Positions 21,955 to 33,691 of a stretch of DNA of 64,000 nt are shown here, piece by piece (positions within the stretch are counted from its first letter, which is position 1; every line of letters begins with the position of its first letter). The position numbers and the translations under genes were made by a program. The stretch lies in NCBI GenBank assembly GCA_963815195.1, contig CAWFGE010000022.1, positions 224,001 to 288,000 of the forward strand. Direction: 5' to 3'. The notes beneath the pieces are model-generated. The model worked only from the letters and a program-made list of their open reading frames with translations, had not been told where the DNA came from and searched no databases. This DNA is from an uncultured Planctomycetaceae bacterium (lineage in GTDB: Bacteria; Planctomycetota; Planctomycetia; Planctomycetales; Planctomycetaceae).

Positions 21955-22627
21955 CGGTGTTTTTGACTCCGCAGATCAATCCGCTGGTCCCATCAATTTG
22001 CACATTCACGCTGGATTGGGTGGCCTCGCCCCGGCTGTAAAGCGTTCGCACGCAAAAAGAGGGCGACTCGCCCCAGGCCGGCCGCGGCTCCACCGCCAGG
22101 CGGACATCGGCCCAAGAAGATTGCCTAAGAGCCGGGGCCGAGCGGAGCAAAAACCCCACGCTCCCCGACCGCTCCGCCGCGAGTTTCAATCGGCGATAAG
22201 CTACCGGCGAAAGCTGGGGAACCACGCCCCACACGATCGAGACGGCTTCACAACAGAGGGCCTGCTCGATGGCCCACAGGCTTTCGCCAGCACTATTGGG
22301 CCTGACCAAAATCAGGGAAGCGGGATCGCTCCCCGCAGGCAGGAGTGCCAGCGGATAGATCTCTTTTGCCGAGTCGACCACAACCGCCGGGCGGTGCTTC
22401 TCGAAGAGTTGCCGGGCCACCAGGAGCGACAGCGTGCCCGCGCCGCTGGCTTCGCCCAAGCCGATCCACTCCACCAGGCTGCCCCGCCTTAGCCCTGCGC
22501 CGGGAAACAGCCGGTTCAAGACGGGACTCCCGGTGGAAATCGCCTCCAAATCCTGCGGAAAATGGTGTTCGTGAGTGCGGATCTTCCTCCGCAACTCGGC
22601 AAGCGTGTGTTGCCTGTCGGTGTTCAT
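21920..22627 (-). CDS. imuA: ImuA, RecA-like protein
   Basis: Motifs STG...LNRLFPGAGLRRGSLVEW, LWAIEQAL and RRLKLAAE. First gene of the imuABC cassette. Confidence 0.88.
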   Translation of the reverse strand: MNTDRQHTLAELRRKIRTHEHHFPQDLEAISTGSPVLNRLFPGAGLRRGSLVEWIGLGEASGAGTLSLLVARQLFEKHRPAVVVDSAKEIYPLALLPAGSDPASLILVRPNSAGESLWAIEQALCCEAVSIVWGVVPQLSPVAYRRLKLAAERSGSVGFLLRSAPALRQSSWADVRLAVEPRPAWGESPSFCVRTLYSRGEATQSSVNVQIDGTSGLICGVKNTDEQTPVVSLVS

Positions 22628-22647
22628 AGTTACCCCCAATCACTCAC

Positions 22648-22681
22648 TGACAAAACTATACTCAAGTATATGTTTTGTCAA
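22648..22681 (-). promoter_or_regulatory. imuA promoter overlapping a long palindrome, candidate SOS-type operator
   Basis: TGACAAAAC-TATACT-CA-AGTATA-T-GTTTTGTCA. The minus strand reads TTGACA-N17-TAGTTT. Confidence 0.65.
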
Positions 22682-22809
22682 GCACGCTTTTCTGCGATTT
22701 GAAGGTGTAAAACCCCTGCGGACTTGCAGCGGCGATGGGGGGCGGTACGATCGAAGGTTGGCGGCGAGTCGCAATGATCGAACGTTTCCTCTTTCCGAAG
22801 GGCTATCGC

Positions 22810-23859
22810 ATGCGCGGATTCACTGCTTTCCCGTGCCTGGTTTTTTTGTGGATGGCTGGCCGCGTTTTCGCCCAAAGTCCGGAGCAAAATCTCGTCCCCA
22901 TTTCCCCACGGAATGCCGACAAGCTTCGCGTTGTCTCCGAGGTGAAACCCGGCGGCGAGCGAAGCCCTTACAAAATCACTCTCGGGCCGGGACGCCGCGA
23001 GCTGGCGGTACTCTATTGGCGGAAGTCGATCGAGATTGTGGAGGACGAGACGTTTCGCCTCGTTCGCAAAGTCACCACGAATCAACCGGACCATTTGGCC
23101 GTGAGCCGGGACGGGACTTTGATCGCCTGGAGCGAACTGAACTCCTCGAAAATCTGGATGCAGAGCGCGAAGAGCCGCGAACTTCTCGAGTTTGAAAGCG
23201 GAGGGCATCCCACGCACGTCGCCTTCAGTCCGGACGCCAAATTGATCGCCGTCGGCGAAACGGTGACCATCGATCCGAACATCGAGGGCAGCGGTTTTTC
23301 CCAGGTCCGGCTGTTCGACCCCGCGGGGAAGCTCGTCCGCACGGTCGAAGTGACCCGCGAAGGATGGGGAGCCGTCTCTCCCGTGTTCAGCCCCGACGGC
23401 AAACTCCTGGCGGTGGGCAACCGGAATTTCGGGACCCCCGTGTTTGAGGTTTCCACCGGCAAACGCCTGCAAACCTTTCCCCGGCGAATGACCCACGAAG
23501 TGGCCTTCAGTCCCGACGGCAAAACGATCGCGGCAGCCTACGTCGATGGGGCGGTCGCCTTGTGGGACGTGGCGACGGGAAAAATGCTCCATCTCCAACC
23601 CGGCGCGGCGAAGGAGCTTTACACGCTGGATTGGAGCCCCCGAGGCGACCTGCTTGCAACGGCGGGCCACGAGGGCAAAATCGTTCTGTGGAACCCGGGC
23701 GAACTTGTCAAAGTCAAAGAGCTAAAGGCCCCGTCCTGGGTGATCCAGGTGCGGTTTGACCGCGCGGGTACCCGGCTGTTTTGTTCGGGCGGCGACCGCT
23801 TTGGAATTGAGGCCCCGAAAGTTCTTGTGTGGGGGATTCCCGAGCCGCCGGGGAAATAA
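22810..23859 (+). CDS. Exported WD40-repeat protein
   Basis: Signal peptide ending VFA-Q, repeated VAFSPDGK motifs, LWD and LWN. Confidence 0.85.
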   Translation: MRGFTAFPCLVFLWMAGRVFAQSPEQNLVPISPRNADKLRVVSEVKPGGERSPYKITLGPGRRELAVLYWRKSIEIVEDETFRLVRKVTTNQPDHLAVSRDGTLIAWSELNSSKIWMQSAKSRELLEFESGGHPTHVAFSPDAKLIAVGETVTIDPNIEGSGFSQVRLFDPAGKLVRTVEVTREGWGAVSPVFSPDGKLLAVGNRNFGTPVFEVSTGKRLQTFPRRMTHEVAFSPDGKTIAAAYVDGAVALWDVATGKMLHLQPGAAKELYTLDWSPRGDLLATAGHEGKIVLWNPGELVKVKELKAPSWVIQVRFDRAGTRLFCSGGDRFGIEAPKVLVWGIPEPPGK

Positions 23860-23924
23860 AGGCCCCGATTTCCAACCGGAAACCACACGCTCACAAAGGC
23901 CTCGCTCGGCGAGGATCCGCCGGA

Positions 23925-26246
23925 TTATTTCCCCGGCAAAAGACTCATCAGCGCATCTTTCAACCGCTCGCCGTAGGTGGCCGAGAGCGAGAACGGACTG
24001 GGCTGGCGGAGCACGTGAAGTTTGCCCTCCTTCTTTTCGACTTTGTAGGAAGAGGATCCGTCCTTCTTGCGGAAGAACCGCAGCGTCGCCACCGCGCCGG
24101 CCACGCGAAAGTCGTGGAGCGTGATCTCCGGCAGCCATTCCGGAAGCTGCGGATCCAAGAGCAGCATGTTAAGGGGTGCATAAGGATAGAGACCGAGCAT
24201 CGCCTGGACCATTGCGATTGTTCCCGAAGACGACCAGCCTTGCGGCCAACTCGCGTGCGGATACACCGCGGGAAACGGATGGGCGGAGTCGCGGGGATGG
24301 CCGCTGATCGCCTCCGGCAGCCGGCAGGATTCGAAAAGGTCTGCCAGCGTGAACTGAGCGCGGCAGATCTGTTCGAGCCGATTGAGGATCCCGTGCCGGA
24401 CGAACCCCAAGGAAAACGCCGCCTGCTCCGCGGGCCAGACCGTCCCGCGATGATAGCTGTAGGGATCGTAAGCCGGGTGCTCGGACGAGAGCGTCCGCAC
24501 GCCCCAGCCGGAGAACAGGTCGTCCTCAAACAAGCGATCGACGACGCGGCCCACCAGCGAGGACTCGACAATGCCCGCGGCCACGCAGTGTCCCGGATTC
24601 GATCCGATGGAGCGAATCGGGTTGCACTTTGCATCCAGCCCCATCGCCAGAAAGCCCGTGCCTTCCACCCAGAACGAATCGTTGAAGCGGGCCTTCAATT
24701 CCCGCGCCGCATGAAACAGCGCGCGGGCTTCGTCGCCGCGCTCGAACCACAACAGCGTCTCGGAAAGGGCCAGCATCGCCGCGTAAGCAAACGCCTGCTC
24801 TTCGCAGGTGGCAATCGGATCGGGGACCTGGCTTCCGTCTTCGTAAACGATCGCATCGCTCGAGTCCTTCCATCCCTGATTTTTCACGCCGTCCTCGGAG
24901 CGGGACTTGTAGATGTGAAAGCCGATGTTGCTCCGCGCGATGTTTCGCTGGACCCACTGCACGGCCCGAATGGCCGGCTCGATGAGCGGAGCCACCAGGG
25001 ATTTGTCGCCCGTCCAATGCCAAAGCTCCGCCACGACGAAGGGATAAAACGCCGCCGTCGTCGTGGACCCGTAATACTTCGCCAAGGGCGTAAAATTCAA
25101 TTCCGCGAGCGGCCCGGCATCGACTTGATGAATCATTTCCCCCGGCTGCTCGTCCCGCCAGTCGTTGACCTCGCTTCCCTGAATCTCCGCCAGAACCGGG
25201 AGAATGCCTTCCATCATCTCGGTGGAGAGCATGGCCGATTCCCAACCGACGGTCAGCGCGTCGCGGCCGAACAGCGTGGGATACATCGGCACGCCCGCGG
25301 CCGGCACCCATTGCCGGTCCGACCGGTCGTAGTCGAACATCCGCAGCGAGGCGAGATCGCTTTTGGCCTGGTCCAACGTCCGCACAACCACCCGAGCGAG
25401 CGTGCCGGTCGTCGGGCACGAGACGCGGGCCGATTCGTCCATAAACCGTTTTCGCAAGCGGTCGTAACGCGTCGAACCGGCTTCGGACCTGTCACATGTC
25501 CCGGTGCGGTCGAGAACGTCTGAGTTGATTTCCGGGACCATGCGGACGCAGCAATGCCAGCGGCCGTGCGGCGGCAGCTTGATGTCGAAGAACAGCCCCT
25601 CTTCGCTCCGCTCTGGCGGCGAGTCCGCATCGAGGACTTGCAGCTTGAGGCCGCGATCGATCGCCGCCGTGCCCTGTTCCCCCTGGTGGTCGAACGCATT
25701 TTCGGCATGGTAGGTAAAGTGAAGCTCGGCTTCCCGCTCGCCCTTCGGCTTCCACTCGCACCCGCGCTCGCCGTGCTGCCGGCGTTCTTGGCCGATCTCG
25801 CGGACATCGCGGAAGTCGGCGTCGATTTCCAAGTCCAGACGGAAGGCAATCGCTTGTTGCGTATAATTCGTCAGGTCCACGTCTTCGTGCACGCCGTCCT
25901 CCACCCGGCGGCGAAGCTGAAGCTCCAGCGTATGTTGGGCCATGGGACCGCCCGGCCCCACGCCTTTCTTCTCGCGGGGAACCCCCGGCGCGTGCATCGC
26001 ATAATAGCCCAACGAAGCGTGCTGGCTGATGTTGGAGATCGTGACCGGACAAAACAGGCGCCCGTTGACGGACCAGCGATACCGCGACAATAACCGCGTC
26101 TGCCGAACGAGCAGTCCCTGTTGTTCGAGATCATCGGTGATCCATCCCGCCTGATCTGTCACGAGGGCCGTCCGATTGCAGTAGAGAATCTGTGTTTCCG
26201 CGCGGGGCCGCACGTTGATCGATAACGACGGATGCTGATCTGCCAT
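23925..26246 (-). CDS. Amylo-alpha-1,6-glucosidase / glycogen debranching family protein
   Basis: Motifs AAGVP.YPTLFGRDAL, EQPGEMIHQ, NQGWKDS.D, YHRGTVWP, RLPE and PQGWSS. Confidence 0.88.
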   Translation of the reverse strand: MADQHPSLSINVRPRAETQILYCNRTALVTDQAGWITDDLEQQGLLVRQTRLLSRYRWSVNGRLFCPVTISNISQHASLGYYAMHAPGVPREKKGVGPGGPMAQHTLELQLRRRVEDGVHEDVDLTNYTQQAIAFRLDLEIDADFRDVREIGQERRQHGERGCEWKPKGEREAELHFTYHAENAFDHQGEQGTAAIDRGLKLQVLDADSPPERSEEGLFFDIKLPPHGRWHCCVRMVPEINSDVLDRTGTCDRSEAGSTRYDRLRKRFMDESARVSCPTTGTLARVVVRTLDQAKSDLASLRMFDYDRSDRQWVPAAGVPMYPTLFGRDALTVGWESAMLSTEMMEGILPVLAEIQGSEVNDWRDEQPGEMIHQVDAGPLAELNFTPLAKYYGSTTTAAFYPFVVAELWHWTGDKSLVAPLIEPAIRAVQWVQRNIARSNIGFHIYKSRSEDGVKNQGWKDSSDAIVYEDGSQVPDPIATCEEQAFAYAAMLALSETLLWFERGDEARALFHAARELKARFNDSFWVEGTGFLAMGLDAKCNPIRSIGSNPGHCVAAGIVESSLVGRVVDRLFEDDLFSGWGVRTLSSEHPAYDPYSYHRGTVWPAEQAAFSLGFVRHGILNRLEQICRAQFTLADLFESCRLPEAISGHPRDSAHPFPAVYPHASWPQGWSSSGTIAMVQAMLGLYPYAPLNMLLLDPQLPEWLPEITLHDFRVAGAVATLRFFRKKDGSSSYKVEKKEGKLHVLRQPSPFSLSATYGERLKDALMSLLPGK

Positions 26247-26593
26247 CAATGCCTTTCGTAAATCAAAACCGGGTTCGGCGGTTCCACTCGGCCGCCGAGA
26301 ATGGCCGAATCGCAACGGGCCGCACCCTCCGCGGAGATCGTCTTCGGCCGAGCATTGCCGAACGATAAAAACGATAAAGAAGAACCCTCAGTGAATTCTC
26401 TCGCAGCGGAATCCGCCCGCAATCGGAATTGCTCCGACGCGCTGGGGGGAGATTCTCCCAAGGTGAATTTTGGGCGCGCGTCCGGCACTTCAGAGAATTT
26501 CTGCTTCCGATTGATCCCTTCGGCGGTTCGTCCCATAATCGATTGGAGAGTTCGCCCGTCGCTCTCCTCGAGCCCGCTCAGAACAGGTTTATT

Positions 26594-28486
26594 GTGAATC
26601 GCCGTCACCGCCGCCCCGCTTTCTCCGCCGGCTCCGCGGCTCGCCGGGGAAGGACCAAAGCCCGCTGGCTCTGCCTCGTCGGATTCACCGCGGCCGGCGT
26701 CGCGGCGTTCGCGTGGAGCCTGTCAAACCGCTCTGCTCCCAAGGACTCCGGCTCCGCGCCCCCGCCCGCCAAGCCCGCGGCCTATCAGCCTCCGTCCACG
26801 GCGGGATATGTGGGAACCGCCGCGTGTGCGGAATGTCATCGCGATTTGGTCCAATCCTTCCGGACCCATCCCATGTCCCGGTCGATTGAACGCATCACCG
26901 CGGAAACGCCAAGCCATGTTCCGACCGGCGACGTCCCCCAAGTCCCCGGCAAGCACCGCCATTATGAAATTCAAGCGGATGAATCCGGGATGCATCATCA
27001 CGAAAAGATGCTCGACGCCGACGGCGGCGTGATTTTCGATCAGGCGGTGACGATGGATTACGTCGTCGGCTCCGGCCGGCGGGCCAAGGCTTATATTTAC
27101 CAGCGCGGCAGCCTGCTGTTTATGTCGCCTCTCAATTGGTATTCCCGGTCGGGGAAATGGGATTTGGCTCCCGGCTATCTCCCCGACGACCCGCGGCGGT
27201 TCGACCGCCGGGTCACCGACGATTGTTTAAGCTGCCACGCGGGCCGGGTCGCCTCGGAAGGTCGCGGACAGAACCGCTACGAGCGGCCTCCGTTCTTCCA
27301 GGCGTCGATCGGATGTGAAAACTGCCACGGCCCCGGTGCCGAGCATGTGGCGTTTCACAAAGACGAGCCGTGCGCCGAGGCGAAGGATCCCATCGTCAAT
27401 CCGTCCCGCCTGGCCGAGGCGGAACGCGAGAGCGTTTGCTATCAATGCCATCTTTTGGCGGCGGCCCGAATTCCGCGCTACGGCCGCAGCGAGTTCGATT
27501 TTCGGCCCGGCATGCGGATCGAAGACGTCTGGACGGTGCTGGTCAACGGCCCCGCCGAGAGCGAACACGACCAGGCCCGCGCGGTGAGCCACGTGCAACA
27601 GATGCGCGCGAGCCGCTGCTATGCGGAGAGCAACGGAACGTTCGGCTGCATTTCCTGCCACGATCCGCACCGCGTGCCCTCGGAGCCGGAAAAGACGGCC
27701 TTCTATCGAAACAAATGCCTCGCGTGCCACGACCAGCATCCCTGCGGCTTGCCCCCCGCGGAACGGTCGCGGAAGAACAACGACTGCGTTTCCTGCCACA
27801 TGCCGGCCCGCGACCCGAACAACATCTCGCACGTCAGCCAAACCGACCATCGCATCTTGCGGAAGCCATCCAAGCAATCGCCGGCAAACCCAAAACCCGG
27901 GGACGAATCGCTCCATTTTTTCGATGACATGCATCGCCGGCTCTCCCAAGGGGAAGAAGACCGCGCGCTCGGATTGGGGGCGTATGTGTATCTTTCCAAA
28001 ACGGGCCGGCCGATGCCGATGTCCCTCATTCGAACATTGGACGGTCTCCTGGAGCATGAGCCCGACGATGGGAGGATTCTCGCCACGCTGGGGGCGATTG
28101 CGCTCGATCACAACGAGCTGGAACTGGCCCGCCGGTATTTCGAGCGGGCGCGGACGATTCCCGAATCCCAAGAGGCGGCTTACGAGGGCTTGATGAAGAT
28201 TCACTACCTGTCGGCGAATTGGGAAGACGCTTTGAAGTGCGCGGATTGGCTGGTGCCACTCGATCCCGGCGATTATCGCGCCAACGCGCTCCGGGCGGAT
28301 GCGCTGGTTCATCTGGGCCGGCTCCGCGAGGGAATCGCCGCCGCGGAAAAATCGCTTGCCTACAACCCCACGCTGCTCGAGGTTCGGCGATTGCTTGTGG
28401 AATGGTACCGTCAGTCTGGCGAGGCCCAACGTGGCCGGGACCAAGAGACGACGCTGAACCGCATGGAAAACATCATCCACCCGTAA
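26594..28486 (+). CDS. Membrane-anchored multiheme cytochrome c with C-terminal TPR region
   Basis: N-terminal TM helix and seven CxxCH motifs (CAECH, CLSCH, CENCH, CYQCH, CISCH, CLACH, CVSCH), then TDHRI and helical repeats. The GTG start is uncertain. Confidence 0.88.
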   Translation: MNRRHRRPAFSAGSAARRGRTKARWLCLVGFTAAGVAAFAWSLSNRSAPKDSGSAPPPAKPAAYQPPSTAGYVGTAACAECHRDLVQSFRTHPMSRSIERITAETPSHVPTGDVPQVPGKHRHYEIQADESGMHHHEKMLDADGGVIFDQAVTMDYVVGSGRRAKAYIYQRGSLLFMSPLNWYSRSGKWDLAPGYLPDDPRRFDRRVTDDCLSCHAGRVASEGRGQNRYERPPFFQASIGCENCHGPGAEHVAFHKDEPCAEAKDPIVNPSRLAEAERESVCYQCHLLAAARIPRYGRSEFDFRPGMRIEDVWTVLVNGPAESEHDQARAVSHVQQMRASRCYAESNGTFGCISCHDPHRVPSEPEKTAFYRNKCLACHDQHPCGLPPAERSRKNNDCVSCHMPARDPNNISHVSQTDHRILRKPSKQSPANPKPGDESLHFFDDMHRRLSQGEEDRALGLGAYVYLSKTGRPMPMSLIRTLDGLLEHEPDDGRILATLGAIALDHNELELARRYFERARTIPESQEAAYEGLMKIHYLSANWEDALKCADWLVPLDPGDYRANALRADALVHLGRLREGIAAAEKSLAYNPTLLEVRRLLVEWYRQSGEAQRGRDQETTLNRMENIIHP

Positions 28487-28926
28487 CGATGCCAAGTTTT
28501 CTCGCGCAACTCTCAGCGCATGAATACTATACTAGGGAAAATACCCATTGCAAAACCTGGGTAAAACCCCACAAGTAACCCCAAGATTTCAGAAAAGTTT
28601 CGCCCATAAGCTGGAAAAGCAAAATATTTTGAAAAAAAGTCGCTTTACGCTATTGAAATCGGCCAGCGAGTCGGGTAACTCATAGCGTATTATTTGTTTT
28701 TATCGGTTAACGTCATCCTTCACAGGCATACTGTTGGTATTTGCACTGAAAGTGTTTTTACCAACCCCGTCTCACCCCTGCAGATTATTCCTTTCTCAGA
28801 AATCTCGCTGTTCAACTCTTCGTGACCCCAATGGTTTTTGGGCTGAACAGCATCGCTCATACCGACATCGAGAATTCACCCGTCAATGCATTCGTTTTTG
28901 TTTGTACTTGATTGGGAGGGAAAAGC

Positions 28927-29970
<1,044 letters not shown>

Positions 29971-30003
29971 TCGCCGATTGCCCCGTTTCGATCCCAGTCT
30001 CTT

Positions 30004-30035
30004 AAGGGGTTACTGTCCCGGTAGCCCCTTTTTTT
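30004..30035 (+). terminator. Intrinsic terminator after the DUF1559 gene
   Basis: Stem aaggggttact / ggtagcccctt followed by a T-run. Confidence 0.7.
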
Positions 30036-30075
30036 ATAATGTTGTTTCCTGTTTTTTTCTGCGGGGATTTTGAGA

Positions 30076-30588
30076 ATGATTCGATGCCATCATGGGCTTG
30101 TTTTTTGCCTGGGGATTTTGTTGCCCTGTGTGATTGCGGGGTGCGCCGGTGCCGAAGGCGACGAAGAACGCGTTCCGGTTTATCCGGTCAAGGGGAAAGT
30201 CACGTTTGCCGGGGCTCCGCTCCCGAACGCCTACGTCACCTTCTCTCCGGTCAATGTGAAACCGAACGAGAATCGGCCCGCGGCCACGGGAAAAACCAAT
30301 GCCCAAGGCGAATATGCGTTGCGAACTTATGATGACGGAGACGGCGCAGCGGCGGGTGACTATGTTGTGCTGGTGACTACGGGCTCGTCGTCCGGAGGCC
30401 AGACGGAGGAGTCCGCACATGCCGAGTTTATGAAAGGCGGAGGGGCGCCCGCGGGTCATGGCGGCGGAGATTCCGGCTCCAAGTCTTCGCTGCCGGAGAA
30501 ATACGCCAATCCCGAATCGTCCGACCTCAAGGCCACGGTCACTCCGGACAGCGAAGACAAGCCGTTTGACTTCAAGCTCACGCCGTAG
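30076..30588 (+). CDS. Lipoprotein with carboxypeptidase-regulatory-like fold (usual DUF1559 partner)
   Basis: Lipobox IAGC, then YPVKGKVTF.G.PL..A.VTF.P, G.Y.L.TY...DGA..GDY.V.V and LPEKY. Confidence 0.85.
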   Translation: MIRCHHGLVFCLGILLPCVIAGCAGAEGDEERVPVYPVKGKVTFAGAPLPNAYVTFSPVNVKPNENRPAATGKTNAQGEYALRTYDDGDGAAAGDYVVLVTTGSSSGGQTEESAHAEFMKGGGAPAGHGGGDSGSKSSLPEKYANPESSDLKATVTPDSEDKPFDFKLTP

Positions 30589-30602
30589 ACGATGTGGTGG
30601 AC

Positions 30603-33583
30603 ATGGCAAGCTCTCGCATACGTCCGCGGCGGCTGCTCTGGCTCCTCGCCGGAGCGGCCGGGTTGGGAGCGGCGGGCTTTTGGTGGCGGCCGTGGAGCAG
30701 CGAACCGGCCGCCCCGCGCGGTTTACCGCCAGGCCCGAATGGCCCTCGCAGACGGACGTTATGCGGAAGCACGCCGGCTGGCGGGGCGAATCCCCGAATC
30801 CCATTCGCTGTGGGGGAACGCTCAGGTCGTCGCCGGCGAAGCCTACATGCGCGAGGAAAAGTTTGCCAGCGCCATTCCCTATTTTCAAAGCGTGCCCCGC
30901 GATGGCTCCTCCACCGCGATCGAAGCGGCCCTCGGTTTGGGAGAAATCTACCGTTCCATCGGCCGGCTGTCGCGGTCCGAAGCGGAGTTTCGATACATCA
31001 TCAAGCATCGGCCCGCGCACGCGGCGGTCCACGAACGGTTGGCCTATCTCTTGGCCATGACGGGCCGGCCTTGGGAATCCCGCCCGCATTTTTTCTACCT
31101 GGTCAAAAGCGGGCGGAGCTCCCTCGAGTTGCTCGCGATCTTTGGCGACTTGGAACGCCCGATGGAGCAGCGCGCATATCTGTCCCGGTCTGCAGAGCAG
31201 CACCCGGAGGATTTGAACGTGCAAGCGGGATTGGCCGCCTATGCGTTCTACGTCGATGGCGACGCGGCGACCGCCCGGCCGCTGCTCGAGAGAATCGTCG
31301 CGCGGGATCCGCATTTTCTGGCGGCCCAGGCGATGCTCGGGGAATTGCTTGTCGAAGGCGAGGCGTCGCCGTTTGAGCACTGGGCCGCCCGGTTGCCCCC
31401 GAATGCGGAAACCCATCCCAACATCTGGTATGTCCGCGGATTGTGGGCTCGCAGGCACCGTCGATTGGCTTCGGCGGCGCGCTGCTTTTGGGAGACCGTT
31501 CGCCGGGCTCCCACCCATCGGAGGGCGACCTACCAGTTGGGGCAGGTCTTAAACCTGATGGGCGAATTGCCGGGAGCGGATTTTACGCGGCGGGCGGGCC
31601 AACTGTTCGATCTCACCCAGGCTTTGGATCGAGCCCTCCGCTCGCAGGGACATAGCGAAACGGCTTTCAAGCGAATTGTCGAGTTAATGGAGCAAACCGG
31701 CCGGATTTGGGAAGCCTGCGCCTGGGCCCGCACGGCGAGCGGGTATTTCCCCGACGCCGACTGGCCGCACACCGTGCTCTCCCGGCTCTCGTTCCAGCTT
31801 GCAGACGACCCGCCCCGAACCGTTTCCGCCTGCGACCTGGCTTTGAAACACGACTTGTCGCATTTCCCGGCGTGTGATCTTCGCCTCACGCCCGTGCCAG
31901 CCCATGACTCGCGACCCACGAACCAGCCAACGCCGGCGTCGATCCGCTTTGAAGAAGCGTCCGCCGCCGGGATCGAGTTCGTCTACCGGAACGGTGACGA
32001 TCCCTCCACTCCGGGGACGCGGATGTTCGAGCAGACCGGGGGCGGCGTGGCGGTGCTCGATCTCGACGGCGATGGCTGGCCGGATTTGTACTTCACCCAG
32101 GGCGGGAAGTGGTTGCACGGCGAGGCGGAGCCGACCGCTTCGGAAGAGTCGGCTGATCGCGTGTTTCGGAACTTGGAGGGACGACGATTTGCCGATGTCA
32201 CCGAGCAGGCGGGGTTGGGAAACCGTGGATTTGGGCAAGGCGTGGCCGCGGGTGATTTTGACGGCGACGGGTTTGCGGATGTCTACGTCGCGAACGTCGG
32301 GCGGAATCGCCTGTATCACAACAACGGCGACGGCACATTTACGGACGTGACGGAGCAGGCGGGTCTGGCCCTCGAAGACTGGACCACGAGTCTGCGTGAT
32401 GGTGGACTTGAACGCCGACGGGCTTCCCGACCTGTTCGACGTGAATTATGTCACGGCGCCCGACGTGTATTGGGCGATCTGCAACGGCAAGGGTTGTTCC
32501 CCCTCCAACTTCGACGGCGTGCCCGACCGCGTGCTCATCAACCGCGGGGACGGCGCGTTCGGATGGCAGAAAGCGGCGGTCTCGTCGGCTCCGGTCAAAG
32601 ACGCGAAAGGCCTGGGCGTCGTCGCCTTCGATTTGCACGAACGCGGCCGGCCTTGCCTGTTTGTGGCCAACGACCAGGTCCCGAACTTCCTGCTGCGAAG
32701 CGCCCGAACCGCGGGCTCCGCCGAGATCCGGTTTGAGAACGAGGGCTTTCTCAGCGGCCTGGGCTTCAACATGAACGGCCTGGCGATGGCCTGCATGGGC
32801 ATCGCGGCGGACGATGCCAACGGCGACGGCCGATTGGATTTTTTCGTCACGAACTTCAAAGATGAATCGAACACGCTTTACATCCAGGACGTGGAAGGCC
32901 TGTTCCTCGACGGAACCAACACGGCCGGACTCGCCGCGCCGAGTTTGCCTTACGTGGGCTGGGGGACTCAGTTTCTCGATGCGGACCTGGATGGCGATCC
33001 CGATCTGGTCGTCGCCAACGGTCACGTCGATGACTTTCGGGACCGAGGCGAGGCGTATCGCATGCCCGCGCAGTTTTTCCGGAACGACGGACACGCGCGG
33101 TTTACCGAAATCCCCGCGCGGGAACTGGGCGAATTTTTTGAAAAGAAGCATCTGGGACGAGGTCTGGCCCGCCTGGATTGGAACCGGGACGGACGGATGG
33201 ATTTTGTCGTTTCCCAAATCAACGAGCCGGCCGCGTTGCTCACCAATGCCTCGACTGGGACAGGGCATTTTCTGGGGGTGTGGCTGCACGCGACCAGAAC
33301 CGCCCGCGACGCCGTCGGCAGCATTGTCCGCGTGGAAGCGAACGGGAAGCAATGGACCAAGCAACTCACCGCGGGCGATGGTTTTCAGGCCACGAACGAA
33401 CGTTGGCTTCAGTTCGGCTTAGGCGCGGCGGATCGCGTCTTATCGTTGAAGATCGAATGGCCGTCGGGGAAGACGGCCATCGTTCGCGATCTCCCCGCCG
33501 ACGGGACGCTGGACGTCGTCGAAGGCGGCACCGCGCGCTACACGCGGGGAAACGATTCGCGTCTCGTGCCGATGAAAGAATGA
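30603..33583 (+). CDS. TPR + FG-GAP + ASPIC/UnbV (CRTAC1-like) protein 1, frameshifts near 30715 and 32390
   Basis: The N-terminal TM is in one frame, the TPR and DLDGDGWPDLYF repeats are in ORF 30592..32736, and the rest (RLDWNRDGRMD, RDAVG..V.V, FGLG, I.WPSG) is in ORF 32396..33583. Confidence 0.85.
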
Positions 33584-33691
33584 ATCCGAAAACGACGCTG
33601 AACCCTATGTGTGTGTTTTACCAAAGAATGTTAAAGGGCGTGCCGCCCCAACTATGCCAAGCCCTCTGTCCCCATCATAAAAACCTATGAC

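Noticed and set aside
17161..22627. imuA-imuB-dnaE2 as a new system
   Set aside because: It is a well-described mutagenesis cassette. Only its candidate operator is reported as a finding.
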